Assembly (NCBI GenBank): GCA_019638525.1
Contig: JAHBTO010000008.1
Span: 21,535 to 85,534 of the forward strand
DNA length: 64,000 bases
Reading direction: 5' to 3'
Origin: Ferruginibacter sp.
GTDB lineage: Bacteria > Bacteroidota > Bacteroidia > Chitinophagales > Chitinophagaceae
Shown here: in pieces, positions 55,742 to 64,000 of the stretch
Layout of the letters: every line of letters starts with the position of its first letter
How positions within the stretch are numbered: the first letter of the stretch is position 1
The notes under the pieces: generated by a model
Told to the model about the DNA's origin: nothing
Database searches by the model: none
The model's input: the letters and a program-made list of their open reading frames with translations, nothing else
Made by a program: the position numbers and the translations under genes

Positions 55742-56086
55742 ATGGCATCAGAAAAAAAGTATAAAACCTTTTGGAGTTTTTATCCTTATTATTTAACCGA
55801 ACATGGAGATATAACCAACCGCACCCTTCATTTTATAGGGACAGCCGGCTTAATTGTAATATTGGTGATAGCTATTGTTTTGCAAAAATGGTGGATGCTG
55901 GCGTTGATACCTGTTTGTGGTTATGGTTTTGCCTGGGTGGGGCATTATTTTATCGAAAAAAATAAACCGGCCACATTTACTTATCCATTGTACAGCCTTG
56001 GCAGCGATTTTGTAATGTTCTGGCATATACTTACCGGGCAAATAAATAAAAAACTGGCAGAAGCAAAAAAGACAATTGAAAGTTAA
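55742..56086 (+). CDS. DUF962 (Mpo1-like) membrane protein
   Basis: FWSFYPYYLTEHGDITNRTLHFIGT, two TM helices, and GHYFIEKNKPATF. Confidence 0.7.
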   Translation: MASEKKYKTFWSFYPYYLTEHGDITNRTLHFIGTAGLIVILVIAIVLQKWWMLALIPVCGYGFAWVGHYFIEKNKPATFTYPLYSLGSDFVMFWHILTGQINKKLAEAKKTIES

Positions 56087-56413
56087 ATGAATATTGAACT
56101 GATAAGGGATTACATTTTACAAAAGCCTTTTGTTACTGAAGGTTTTCCGTTTGGCGAAGATACCCTAGTATTTAAAGTGAAGGAAAAAATTTTCTTTTTA
56201 GCAGGGTTGGATAGCGCTCCGTTACAGTTTAATGTAAAATGTAATCCTGATAAGGCACTTGAATTAAGAGAAGAATATCCCGAAACTGTTTTACCCGGAT
56301 ACCACATGAACAAGAAACACTGGATCACCGTTGTTGTTGATGGTAGGCTTACTGCTAAACAGTTGAAAGAAATGATTGATGATTCGTATGACCTTGTTGC
56401 AAAAAAGAAATAA
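56087..56413 (+). CDS. MmcQ/YjbR-family DNA-binding protein
   Basis: 108 aa. PGYHMNKKHWITVVVDG is the family's conserved segment. The ATG immediately follows the upstream stop. Confidence 0.75.
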   Translation: MNIELIRDYILQKPFVTEGFPFGEDTLVFKVKEKIFFLAGLDSAPLQFNVKCNPDKALELREEYPETVLPGYHMNKKHWITVVVDGRLTAKQLKEMIDDSYDLVAKKK

Positions 56414-56478
56414 GCATTTACTATTTACTCAAATTTTAATTAGTTTAATTTCTTCAGTTACTCAATACAAATAGTAAT

Positions 56479-57228
56479 TTAAGTTTTTTTCCGGGCAGTA
56501 CACATCCAGTCCCAGGGGTACGGGCCTTTAAGCCATTTGGGTGGTTTATGAAATTCGGTGAGCCAACTGTAATTTATTTTTTTGATGAGGTTTATTTCAA
56601 ATCCTTCCAGTGTTAACAGCAGTTCAAGCTCTTCTTTTAAATAATGTTTGGTAGGTACATTATCAATATTGGTTACGCCTTGTTTAATATTGCTTACCTG
56701 TTGTATAGCATCTTTAAGAGTTGGTGTTTCGTCGTTTTCGGCATCATCCATATTCCACCTGTCGGCAATAATATTGGTATATAGTTTCGATTCCAGCGAA
56801 GGAACCACCAAAACCAATTCGCCGCCGGCATGTAAACAAAGCGATAACGACTGAAAAAAATTGATTCTTTTCTCCAACGAATCGGTAAGGATAGCATTGA
56901 TGCAGATGGCGCTATCGCATGGTGTTACAGTAAGTTCATCTGCCGAAAAATCCATGCGATGGTATTCTACATTATCATACCCGGTATTTTTTTCTTTAGC
57001 TATATCAAGATTTTTTGCAGAAATATCAGCAGCCAGTACAGTTTTAAATTTTGGAGCCAATATGGGTATCCATTTGCCAATAGCACATCCAATATCTATT
57101 ACTGATTTTTCTGGCGAAGCCATTTCATCTATAGCTGCCACAATACTTCCTGATGTATCGTTTTGCAACACATCAAAAATTTCAGTATCGTAATTGGGGG
57201 CAATGGTTTCCCAGTATTTCCTGTCCAT
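56479..57228 (-). CDS. class I SAM-dependent methyltransferase
   Basis: The likely start is the internal ATG giving MDRKYWETIAPNYD. The SAM motif is VIDIGCAIGKW. Confidence 0.75.
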   Translation of the reverse strand: MDRKYWETIAPNYDTEIFDVLQNDTSGSIVAAIDEMASPEKSVIDIGCAIGKWIPILAPKFKTVLAADISAKNLDIAKEKNTGYDNVEYHRMDFSADELTVTPCDSAICINAILTDSLEKRINFFQSLSLCLHAGGELVLVVPSLESKLYTNIIADRWNMDDAENDETPTLKDAIQQVSNIKQGVTNIDNVPTKHYLKEELELLLTLEGFEINLIKKINYSWLTEFHKPPKWLKGPYPWDWMCTARKKT

Positions 57229-57470
57229 TTTTATCCGGTTATAAAAAAATAAAGACAGAAGGTACAAAAAAAATACTTTTTGAAAAATTTTCATTCATGC
57301 TATACAGGCATTATGCAATAGCTACCCGGTAAAAAATGTTTAAAACTATTGCAACAGGATAAAAAATATTTTCAAGAAGCTCAACTTGGAATAATCAATG
57401 CAATGCCATTGTACTAATTACCTAAATATTTTTTCAGGATCAACTTGTATACAAAACTGATGTATAAAAA

Positions 57471-58358
57471 TTATTTAAATCGCTCACTCACTACAAGCTC
57501 TTTGCTGCCGGCAGTATAAGTATAAAAACCTTCGCCGCTTTTTACGCCTAGTTTTCCGGCCAATACCATATTTACTAACAACGGGCAGGCTGCATATTTA
57601 GGATTGCCAAAACCATCCTGCAAAACTTTTAATATGCTTAAACAAACATCAAGGCCAATAAAATCAGCCAGTTGCAGGGGGCCCATCGGGTGTGCCATTC
57701 CAAGTTTCATTACTGTATCAATTTCTTCTACTCCGGCTACGCCTTCGTACAAACTGTAAATGGCTTCATTAATCATGGGCATTAAAATACGGTTGGCAAT
57801 AAAGCCGGGGTAATCATTTACGGCGCAGGGTATTTTACCAAGCTGCTTGCTTAATTCAACAATTGTTGCGGTAACTTCTTTTTTTGTTGCATAGCCATTT
57901 ATTATTTCCACCAGTTTCATAACAGGCACCGGGTTCATAAAATGCATGCCAATAACTAACCCCGGCCTTTTGGTTACCGCTGCTATTTTTGTAATGGAAA
58001 TTGATGAAGTGTTGGTTGCCAGTATGCATCCCGCCGGTGCATACATATCCATTTGTTCAAAGATGGATAATTTAAGATCTACATTTTCGGAAGCAGCTTC
58101 TACAACAAGTTCTGCATTTTTTACACCTTCGGCAATGATTGATGTAACGGTAATATTAGCCAGTGTTGCTTTTTTCTGCTCTTCGGTAATTGTTCCTTTT
58201 AAAAGTTGCCTGTCTAAATTTTTATTAATTGTATCCATAGCCCTTTGCAACTGCGATGGATTTACATCAACTAAATTAACTGTAAAACCGTTTTGTGCAA
58301 ATACGTGAGCTATTCCATTTCCCATGGTGCCGGCGCCTATAACTGAAATATTTTTCAT
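57471..58358 (-). CDS. hbd: 3-hydroxybutyryl-CoA / 3-hydroxyacyl-CoA dehydrogenase
   Basis: ISVIGAGTMGNGIAHVFAQNGFTVNLVD (Rossmann), HFMNPVPVMKLVEI, GFIANRILMPMINEA. Confidence 0.92.
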   Translation of the reverse strand: MKNISVIGAGTMGNGIAHVFAQNGFTVNLVDVNPSQLQRAMDTINKNLDRQLLKGTITEEQKKATLANITVTSIIAEGVKNAELVVEAASENVDLKLSIFEQMDMYAPAGCILATNTSSISITKIAAVTKRPGLVIGMHFMNPVPVMKLVEIINGYATKKEVTATIVELSKQLGKIPCAVNDYPGFIANRILMPMINEAIYSLYEGVAGVEEIDTVMKLGMAHPMGPLQLADFIGLDVCLSILKVLQDGFGNPKYAACPLLVNMVLAGKLGVKSGEGFYTYTAGSKELVVSERFK

Positions 58359-58410
58359 AATGTAAAATGTATAATATATAAAGTAAAATGTATAATGTAA
58401 AATGTATAAT
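58359..58410. repeat. 7-unit heptanucleotide array (AATGTAW), inverted relative to 58784-58825
   Basis: aatgtaa|aatgtat|aatatat|aaagtaa|aatgtat|aatgtaa|aatgtat. It contains three copies of AATGTATAAT, the reverse complement of the ATTATACATT core repeated in 58784-58825. Confidence 0.8.
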
Positions 58411-58781
58411 TAGTTTTGGTTTGGGATTAAGTTATTCCTACTTGTTTTTAAAATTGATGTTAGAATTTTTATAATCTCAATCAATGTTAAATGAATACTG
58501 TTAAATTCATCTTCTGTTATATAATCTGTTTCTTTCAATAACCTTAACCAATAACTTGTTTCTTGTGCCTCCTTCAGTGAAATTGACAACTTTGCAACAA
58601 AATCTTTCTTTGAAAATCCCTGTAACCCTTCATTAACATTAGCTCCAATTGAAGTACCTGAACGAAGTAGTTGTTTGCTTAAAACAAATTCCCTTTTGTT
58701 TTAAGCCAGTTGTTTGTAAAGCCTCACTATCCTTGCAGCAAACTCAAAACTCTTTACCTCTATTATATTATTGATTTTCAT
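58410..58781 (-). pseudogene. four-helix-bundle protein gene (23S rRNA intervening-sequence protein / Avd family) with in-frame TAA at codon 27
   Basis: My codon-by-codon minus-strand translation gives MKINNIIEVKSFEFAARIVRLYKQLA*NKREFVLSKQLLRSGTSIGANVNEGLQGFSKKDFVAKLSISLKEAQETSYWLRLLKETDYITEDEFNSIHLTLIEIIKILTSILKTSRNNLIPNQN*. The family signature is LLRSGTSIGAN..E......F..KL.I..KEA.ET.YWL.LL. The stop lies at 58701-58703. The ORF track misses this gene because the nonsense codon splits it. Confidence 0.78.
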
Positions 58782-58783
58782 AC

Positions 58784-58825
58784 CCAATTATCAATTATAC
58801 ATTATACATTATCAATTATACATTA
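58784..58825. repeat. 6-unit heptanucleotide array (TnnATTA)
   Basis: ccaatta|tcaatta|tacatta|tacatta|tcaatta|tacatta. The last unit contains the complement of the acd TAA stop (58823-25). Confidence 0.85.
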
Positions 58826-60007
58826 TTTAAACGCATTCATCCCCGTAACATCCATCCCAGTAATTAATAAATGTATATCATGCGTTCCTTCGTATGTAAT
58901 TACACTCTCCAGGTTCATCATGTGGCGCATCACGGGGTATTCGCCTGTAATGCCCATGCCGCCAAGCATTTGACGGGCAGCCCTGCAAATATTGGTAGCT
59001 GTTTCGCAGGCATTTCTTTTAGCCATGCTTACCTGTTGAGGCGTTACCTTTCCTTCGTTCATCAAAACACCCAGCCGCCAGTTTAATAATTGCGCCTTGG
59101 TTATTTCGGTAACCATCTCGGCCAATTTTTTTTGTTGCAACTGGAAAGCGCCAATTGGTTTTCCAAACTGTATTCTTTCTTTGCTGTATTGTAAAGCTGT
59201 ATCATAACAATCCATGGCAGCGCCAATAGCGCCCCAGGCAATACCATATCTTGCTTTTGTTAAACATCCCAGCGGCCCTTTCAATCCTTTAATGTTTGGA
59301 AAAATATTTTCTTTAGGCACTTTTACATTATCAAACACCAGCTCACCGGTGGCGCTTGCACGCAGGCTCCATTTGCCATGCGTAGTTGGTGTGCTAAAAC
59401 CTTCCATGCCTCTTTCTACAATCATTCCTTTTATTTCGCCGGCTTCGTCTTTAGCCCATACTACAGCCAGCTGGCTATATGGTGCGTTGCTAATCCACAT
59501 TTTAGCCCCGTTTAAAATAACATGGTCGCCGGCATCTTTAATATTGCTGAGCATACTGCTGGGGTCGCTGCCATGATTAGGTTCTGTTAATCCAAAACAA
59601 CCCAACCACTCGCCACTTGCAAGCTTGGGCAAATATTTTTTTCGTTGCTCTTCGCTACCGTACTGGTAAATAGGATACATCACCAGGCTGCCCTGCACGC
59701 TGGCTGTTGACCGTACACCACTATCGCCACGTTCCAGTTCCTGCATCATCAAACCATAACTAATGTAATCCAACCCGCCGCCGCCATATTGCTCAGGAAT
59801 GGTAGGGCCAAAGCAACCAAGTTCGCCCATTTGCTTTACAATCTGTTGAGGAAATTCGGCACGCTGTGCATAGTCTTCTATGATTGGTGAAATTTCTCTC
59901 TTTACATAATTCCTCACACTCTCTCTTATAAGTTTATGTTCATCGGTAAGCAATTCATCAACATTAAAATAATCGGGCGATTGAAAATTATCCGTTTTAG
60001 CAGCCAT
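58823..60007 (-). CDS. acyl-CoA dehydrogenase, glutaryl-CoA-dehydrogenase-like
   Basis: 394 aa. GCFGLTEPNHGSDPSSM closely resembles the GCDH active-site region. The C-terminus has YEGTHDIH. Confidence 0.92.
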   Translation of the reverse strand: MAAKTDNFQSPDYFNVDELLTDEHKLIRESVRNYVKREISPIIEDYAQRAEFPQQIVKQMGELGCFGPTIPEQYGGGGLDYISYGLMMQELERGDSGVRSTASVQGSLVMYPIYQYGSEEQRKKYLPKLASGEWLGCFGLTEPNHGSDPSSMLSNIKDAGDHVILNGAKMWISNAPYSQLAVVWAKDEAGEIKGMIVERGMEGFSTPTTHGKWSLRASATGELVFDNVKVPKENIFPNIKGLKGPLGCLTKARYGIAWGAIGAAMDCYDTALQYSKERIQFGKPIGAFQLQQKKLAEMVTEITKAQLLNWRLGVLMNEGKVTPQQVSMAKRNACETATNICRAARQMLGGMGITGEYPVMRHMMNLESVITYEGTHDIHLLITGMDVTGMNAFK

Positions 60008-60065
60008 CGTAATTTATTTTTTTAATTTTTATTTTTTGTTGCCCGGCAGTTGTGCAATTATTTAG

Positions 60066-60090
60066 CTTCATTGGCGTCGCACTCTTGTAC
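60066..60090 (-). promoter_or_regulatory. conserved leader motif copy 3 (gene sense GTACAAGAGTGCGACGCCAATGAAG) in the acd-hbd leader
   Basis: It is identical to the icd copy over 25 nt. GCCGGG follows after 18 nt, then an A-run. It lies 59-83 nt upstream of the acd ATG. Confidence 0.6.
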
Positions 60091-60142
60091 CGGTAATCTT
60101 TATTCAGCATTACTTAAGCCACTTAGGTGGCAATCTTAACCG

Positions 60143-60150
60143 CAAATATA
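60143..60150 (-). promoter_or_regulatory. -7 promoter box TATATTTG for acd
   Basis: It matches TAnnTTTG on the minus strand, followed by CGG as in the icd promoter (TAAATTTGCGG vs TATATTTGCGG). Confidence 0.4.
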
Positions 60151-60274
60151 AATACACTAAGGCAGATGATGATTTTTTGTTTTTTTTATTAATAATATTT
60201 CTTTTTTACCAATGGGGAACAACTCTTTTGGTTTTATTAAAACCCAATTAAAAATCAAAAAAGATTCCTTTGGA

Positions 60275-60302
60275 TGCAACATTGAAGAAAAAGCCATGTC
60301 TC
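60275..60302 (+). promoter_or_regulatory. possible ECF-type autoregulated promoter (TGCAAC-N17-GTCTC)
   Basis: An AAC-containing -35-like element and a GTC-containing -10-like element lie about 25 nt upstream of the sigma-factor start. This is pattern resemblance only. Confidence 0.25.
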
Positions 60303-60324
60303 TTAATTATAAAACATACAAATT

Positions 60325-60876
60325 TTGGAATTAACAGTATTGCCACACAAAGATGAGTTGATTGAACGATGCCTGCGTGGCGATACACTGGGTTATAAGG
60401 AATTATATAACCGGTACTCAAAATCTATGTACAACACCTGCCTGCGCATACTTAATAATATTTCAGAAGCAGAAGATGTATTGCAGGAAAGTTTTATTGA
60501 AGCATTTAAAAACCTTGAGCGTTTTGAGTATCGTACAAGTTTTGGTGGTTGGTTGAAACAAATTTGTATCTATCGTTCTATTAACCAGCTAAAAAAACGA
60601 AAGATAAACTGGGTAGATATAGACCAGGCCACTAATTATGATGTGGCAGATGAACAACCTATAGATGAAAGGGAAATACATTTACAAGTGGATAAGGTTA
60701 AAAATGCAATTATGAAGTTGCCGGATGGTTACCGTACCGTATTGAACCTGTACTTACTGGAAGGATATGATCATGAAGAGATATCAGAAATTTTACAGGT
60801 AGCGCCATCTACCACCCGAACACAATACATACGTGCCAGGCAAAAATTATTACACCATCTAAAAGAAGAATCATGA
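60325..60876 (+). CDS. RNA polymerase sigma-70 factor, ECF subfamily
   Basis: Region 2: LYNRYSKSMYNTCLRILNNISEAEDVLQESFIEAF. Region 4: YRTVLNLYLLEGYDHEEISEILQVAPSTTRTQYIRARQKL. There is no in-frame ATG near the N-terminus, so the start is TTG at 60325 or 60340. Confidence 0.88.
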   Translation: MELTVLPHKDELIERCLRGDTLGYKELYNRYSKSMYNTCLRILNNISEAEDVLQESFIEAFKNLERFEYRTSFGGWLKQICIYRSINQLKKRKINWVDIDQATNYDVADEQPIDEREIHLQVDKVKNAIMKLPDGYRTVLNLYLLEGYDHEEISEILQVAPSTTRTQYIRARQKLLHHLKEES

Positions 60877-61445
60877 ACAGTAGATTAAAAAAATTTATTT
60901 GGGATAACCGTAAGGAATTCGACAGAGATTCACCTTCGGGTAAAGTGTGGGAAAATATTGAAGCTACATTAAAACAACCACTAAAAAAGAAACCTGTTCT
61001 AATATCATTTTACAAATGGGGTATGGCGGCTGCTGCAGTTTTATTAGTTGCAGCATCATTGTATTTTATTTTAGAAAAAAAACCTGTAACAGGCACTACG
61101 GTAGCCACTGTAGATTCTGTAATTATAAACCTTGCACCGGAGTATGCTCCACAGGTAAGCCAGTTTGTAAAAATGATTGACACTAAACAGCAGGAATTGA
61201 AATTAATGACAAAGGAACAGCCTGAGCTGTATAAAAAATTCACCACCGCAATAAGCCAATTGGATAGTTCATATAGCCTATTAAAAAATCAACTTAGTGC
61301 TTCGCCCAACCGGGAGATGTTGCTGCAAGCCATGATTCAAAACCTGCAGCTGCAGCTCAGTGTATTGAATCAGCAATTAAACATAATTCAACAAATTAAA
61401 CAATCAAAAAAATACAGCCATGAAAAGATTGAGCAAAATATTTAG
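60873..61445 (+). CDS. putative anti-sigma factor (single-pass membrane protein)
   Basis: It overlaps the sigma gene by 4 nt (ATGA), has one central TM helix (GMAAAAVLLVAASLYFIL), and has a Q/L-rich C-terminal coiled coil. The function is inferred from context. Confidence 0.6.
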   Translation: MNSRLKKFIWDNRKEFDRDSPSGKVWENIEATLKQPLKKKPVLISFYKWGMAAAAVLLVAASLYFILEKKPVTGTTVATVDSVIINLAPEYAPQVSQFVKMIDTKQQELKLMTKEQPELYKKFTTAISQLDSSYSLLKNQLSASPNREMLLQAMIQNLQLQLSVLNQQLNIIQQIKQSKKYSHEKIEQNI

Positions 61446-62412
61446 TGTTATATTACCATTGGTGTTACTGCTGCAAACAAGCTTATTTGCACAAAATAAC
61501 GATGAATTCAACAATAAAAAGAAGTATGAATTTGTAAAAAATAAGTCAGTTAATAAAACCTATAATGTTTCTTCGTCCGACAAATTGAATATTCAAAATT
61601 CATTTGGAAATGTTGATATAAAAACATGGAGCAAAAACGAAATAAAGGTGGATATTGAAATTGAAGTATCTGCTAATTCGGATGCCTTAGCACAAAAAAT
61701 ACTTGATAAGATAACCATTACTGACACCAAAAGCACTAATGAAATTTCATTTAAAACAAAGGTCAGCGATGTTAATAATTCAAAAGGTGATAAAAGCTCT
61801 ATGTCGATAAACTATACGGTTTTTATGCCAGCAGTTAACCCGTTAACAGTAAAAAATGAGTTTGGAGCCACCAATATCCCTGATTTAACCGGCGCAGTAG
61901 ATCTCACCAGTAAGTTTGGATCATTAACAACCGGTAACCTGGCTAACATAAAAAATATACATGTAGAATTTGGAAAAGCAAACCTGGCAAATATTAACAA
62001 TGCTCCTGTAAATATCAAATTTTCAAAAGCAGTGATATCAAAATTATCCGGAGCCGTTAAAATGAATCTTGAATTTTGCAACAACGTAAGGTTAAATATA
62101 GATAACAACCTTAGCAGCCTTGATTTAAAAACATCCTATTCTACCGTTAACCTAAAGCCAAATGGTGCCCTGCCTGCATTATATACTATATCCACCAGTT
62201 TTGGTTCTTTTAAAAATACAAGTGATATTAAGTTTAGCAGCGATGATGATAATGATAACGACAGCCCTAGATTTAATCACCAATACAACGGAAAAAATGG
62301 TAATGGCACTATACCTGTAAAAGTAAAAAGCAGTTTTAGTAAAATTATTATTGGTGAAGCATCTGAAAATGATATGAAAGATAAAAACAAATCAGAAGAC
62401 AGAACATCTTAA
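61420..62412 (+). CDS. secreted beta-strand-repeat protein (DUF4097/DUF2807 putative-adhesin-like)
   Basis: It has a signal peptide and repeated short beta-strand motifs (VDIKTWSKNEIKVDIEIEV...). It is the third gene of the ECF module. Confidence 0.62.
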   Translation: MKRLSKIFSVILPLVLLLQTSLFAQNNDEFNNKKKYEFVKNKSVNKTYNVSSSDKLNIQNSFGNVDIKTWSKNEIKVDIEIEVSANSDALAQKILDKITITDTKSTNEISFKTKVSDVNNSKGDKSSMSINYTVFMPAVNPLTVKNEFGATNIPDLTGAVDLTSKFGSLTTGNLANIKNIHVEFGKANLANINNAPVNIKFSKAVISKLSGAVKMNLEFCNNVRLNIDNNLSSLDLKTSYSTVNLKPNGALPALYTISTSFGSFKNTSDIKFSSDDDNDNDSPRFNHQYNGKNGNGTIPVKVKSSFSKIIIGEASENDMKDKNKSEDRTS

Positions 62413-62437
62413 AAAAACAGTATAGCCATGTAAAAAA

Positions 62438-62475
62438 GGGCCGTAATTTTTTTTACGGCTCTTTTATTTTTTATA
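62438..62475 (+). terminator. rho-independent terminator
   Basis: GCCGTAA (62440-46) pairs with TTACGGC (62453-59), followed by tcttttatttttt. Confidence 0.68.
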
Positions 62476-62488
62476 ACTTTAAAGAAGA

Positions 62489-62956
62489 ATGAAGTTGATT
62501 TCAAAAATACGCTTACTTGTACTGTTTTTTATGGCGGCATTGGTGATTAGTGGCCTTACAGCCATGCCCGCCGAAACAGAACTGCGCTGGCTGATGCAAT
62601 ACAAAGAAATTTTTCCTGAACGGTTAGGCAACTGGTTGCAACTTTGTTACTCAGCGCTGGCTGATACCAACGCAAAATATCCATTCCTGGCTTATGGGTA
62701 CGACTGGCTGGCCTTTGCACATTTTGTTATTGCCATATCTTTTATCGGTGTATATCGTAACCCCGTTCGCAATATTTGGATCATCGACTGGCAAATTATC
62801 ACCTGCATACTTGTGGTGCCTTTGGCATTTATTGCAGGCTCTGTAAGGCAAATACCAATCTTTCATATCCTAATCGACTGCTGCTTTGGTATTTTTGGGC
62901 TAATACCATTAATTATTTGTAAAAAATGGATAAATAAATTAGCAGCAACATCATGA
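62489..62956 (+). CDS. hypothetical integral membrane protein
   Basis: 155 aa with about 4 TM helices. It overlaps the following SGNH hydrolase gene by 4 nt. Confidence 0.6.
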   Translation: MKLISKIRLLVLFFMAALVISGLTAMPAETELRWLMQYKEIFPERLGNWLQLCYSALADTNAKYPFLAYGYDWLAFAHFVIAISFIGVYRNPVRNIWIIDWQIITCILVVPLAFIAGSVRQIPIFHILIDCCFGIFGLIPLIICKKWINKLAATS

Positions 62957-63555
62957 GTACATTTTCTTACCTCGCTTTAGGCGATAGCTACAGCATTGGC
63001 GAGCAGGTTCCTTTTGCAGAAAATTTTCCCAACCATCTTGTTCAAATTTTGCGTAAAAAAGGTTTTGCTTTTTATGCAGCAGAAATTATTGCCAAAACCG
63101 GCTTTACAACCGATGAGCTATTGCATGCAATTGAAAATACCATCACTTTAAAAACTTACGACTTTGTTACTTTACTCATTGGTGTAAACAATCAATACAG
63201 GGGCAGGGCTGTAGTTGATTTTGAAATTGAATTAAAGCAATTGTTGCAAAAAGCCATTCAATTTGCAGGTGATAAGCCATCAAGGGTTTTTGTTGTAAGC
63301 ATTCCCGATTGGGGAGTTACGCCTTTTGCTGAAGGCAGAGATAGAAAAAAAATTGCTGAAGAGATTGATGTTTACAACTATGCCTGTGAAGCTATTGCAA
63401 AAAAGTACCGGTGCAATTATATCAACATCACAGCATCTCAAAGAGAAGATGGTAATAAAGAAATTTTTTTAGTATCGGATGGTTTGCATCCTTCGGGCAA
63501 AGAATATTTAAAGTGGGCGCAAAAATTAGCCGATGCATTCATAAAACAACTTTAA
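62953..63555 (+). CDS. SGNH/GDSL-family hydrolase
   Basis: Block I YLALGDSYSIG (GDS), block III LIGVNN, block V DGLHPS. Confidence 0.85.
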   Translation: MSTFSYLALGDSYSIGEQVPFAENFPNHLVQILRKKGFAFYAAEIIAKTGFTTDELLHAIENTITLKTYDFVTLLIGVNNQYRGRAVVDFEIELKQLLQKAIQFAGDKPSRVFVVSIPDWGVTPFAEGRDRKKIAEEIDVYNYACEAIAKKYRCNYINITASQREDGNKEIFLVSDGLHPSGKEYLKWAQKLADAFIKQL

Positions 63556-63559
63556 AAAG

Positions 63560-64000
63560 ATGGCGGCTATTCGTTTTAAAGAAGTACAGCGGTTTACAAC
63601 ATGGTGGGCCTGGCTGGCAGTTACAGCACTTAACGGGCTTTTCATATTTGCCATAGTACAACAAATAATTTTAAATATACCGTTTGGCAATAAACCTGCA
63701 CCTGATTATATTTTAATGTTGATTGAATGTTTTATGTTATTGCTTTTGTTATTTCTATTTTCCATCAGGTTACAAACAAGCATTGATGAAACCGGTATCT
63801 GTTACCGCTTTTATCCTTATCAATTTAAAGAAACAACAATTGCCTGGCATGAGCTGAGAGATGCATATATGAGAGATTACAATTCTTTTCACGAATACGG
63901 TGGTTACGGAATAAGGTATGGTTCGGCAAAAACCGGCCGGGCAATCAATACTTCTGCTTCTTGTAACAGGGGTTTACAATTACAGTTTAACGATGGTAAA
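63560..64000 (+). CDS. hypothetical membrane protein, N-terminal part (runs off the window)
   Basis: Not in the ORF track because it is open-ended. The ATG at 63560 gives MAAIRFKEVQRFTTWWAWLAVTALNGLFIFAIVQQI..., with two TM helices. It stays in frame to position 64000. Confidence 0.55.
   Translation, partial: MAAIRFKEVQRFTTWWAWLAVTALNGLFIFAIVQQIILNIPFGNKPAPDYILMLIECFMLLLLLFLFSIRLQTSIDETGICYRFYPYQFKETTIAWHELRDAYMRDYNSFHEYGGYGIRYGSAKTGRAINTSASCNRGLQLQFNDGK

Noticed and set aside
58710-58973. 87-aa + strand ORF across the acd 3' end
   Set aside because: It overlaps the acd CDS, the heptamer array and the 5' end of the four-helix-bundle pseudogene on the opposite strand. Its peptide is repeat-derived (LSIIHYTLSIIHYL).
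60205-60240. GGGGAAC box as an alternative ECF -35 element upstream of the sigma-factor gene
   Set aside because: No suitably spaced GTC/CGTC -10 element follows it. The TGCAAC-N17-GTCTC candidate closer to the start fits better, and even that one is low confidence.

Overview
This 64-kb chromosomal segment looks like a Bacteroidota genome, probably Chitinophagales or Sphingobacteriia-like. That placement is an inference from gene content (Asp-box/sortilin-like propeller proteins, OmpA, TolC/HlyD/ABC-2 efflux, ExbBD, ECF sigma modules) and from TAnnTTTG-type -7 promoter boxes. I found no rRNA, tRNA, CRISPR array, transposase or integrase.

About 60 CDS are mostly housekeeping: ade, trmD, DPP-IV, aminotransferase, two isocitrate dehydrogenases, mnmA, thyA, folA, pntAA/AB/B, rsmF-like, fmt, namZ-like, pepT, prmC, ribD, hbd and a glutaryl-CoA-dehydrogenase-like acd.

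The only clearly accessory island is at 29.2-30.9 kb. It is an AT-rich, translationally coupled three-gene cassette:
- a Gp49/HigB-like RelE-superfamily toxin
- an XRE-HTH antitoxin with a long C-terminal extension
- a SecB-like chaperone

This is the architecture of a tripartite toxin-antitoxin-chaperone (TAC) module. It is flanked by 15-bp inverted repeats and preceded by a GC-rich element closed by a 13-bp long-range helix.

Other signals worth a second look:
1. An essentially invariant 25-nt motif, GTACAAGAGTGCGACGCCA(A/C)TGAAG, followed 18-19 nt later by GCCSGG and an A-run. It sits in the same orientation in the 5' leaders of three unrelated genes (icd, acd-hbd operon, FKBP isomerase).
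2. A pervasive family of degenerate heptanucleotide-period tandem arrays filling intergenic spacers, reminiscent of cyanobacterial STRR repeats. Several start exactly at stop codons, and one tract lies inside a CDS.
3. A four-helix-bundle (23S-rRNA-IVS/Avd-family) gene with an in-frame TAA. It is inserted between acd and hbd and bracketed by inverted heptamer arrays.
4. Tandem type-I and type-II NADP-IDH isozymes.

All functional calls rest on my own reading of the translated ORFs and motifs. No database search was run.
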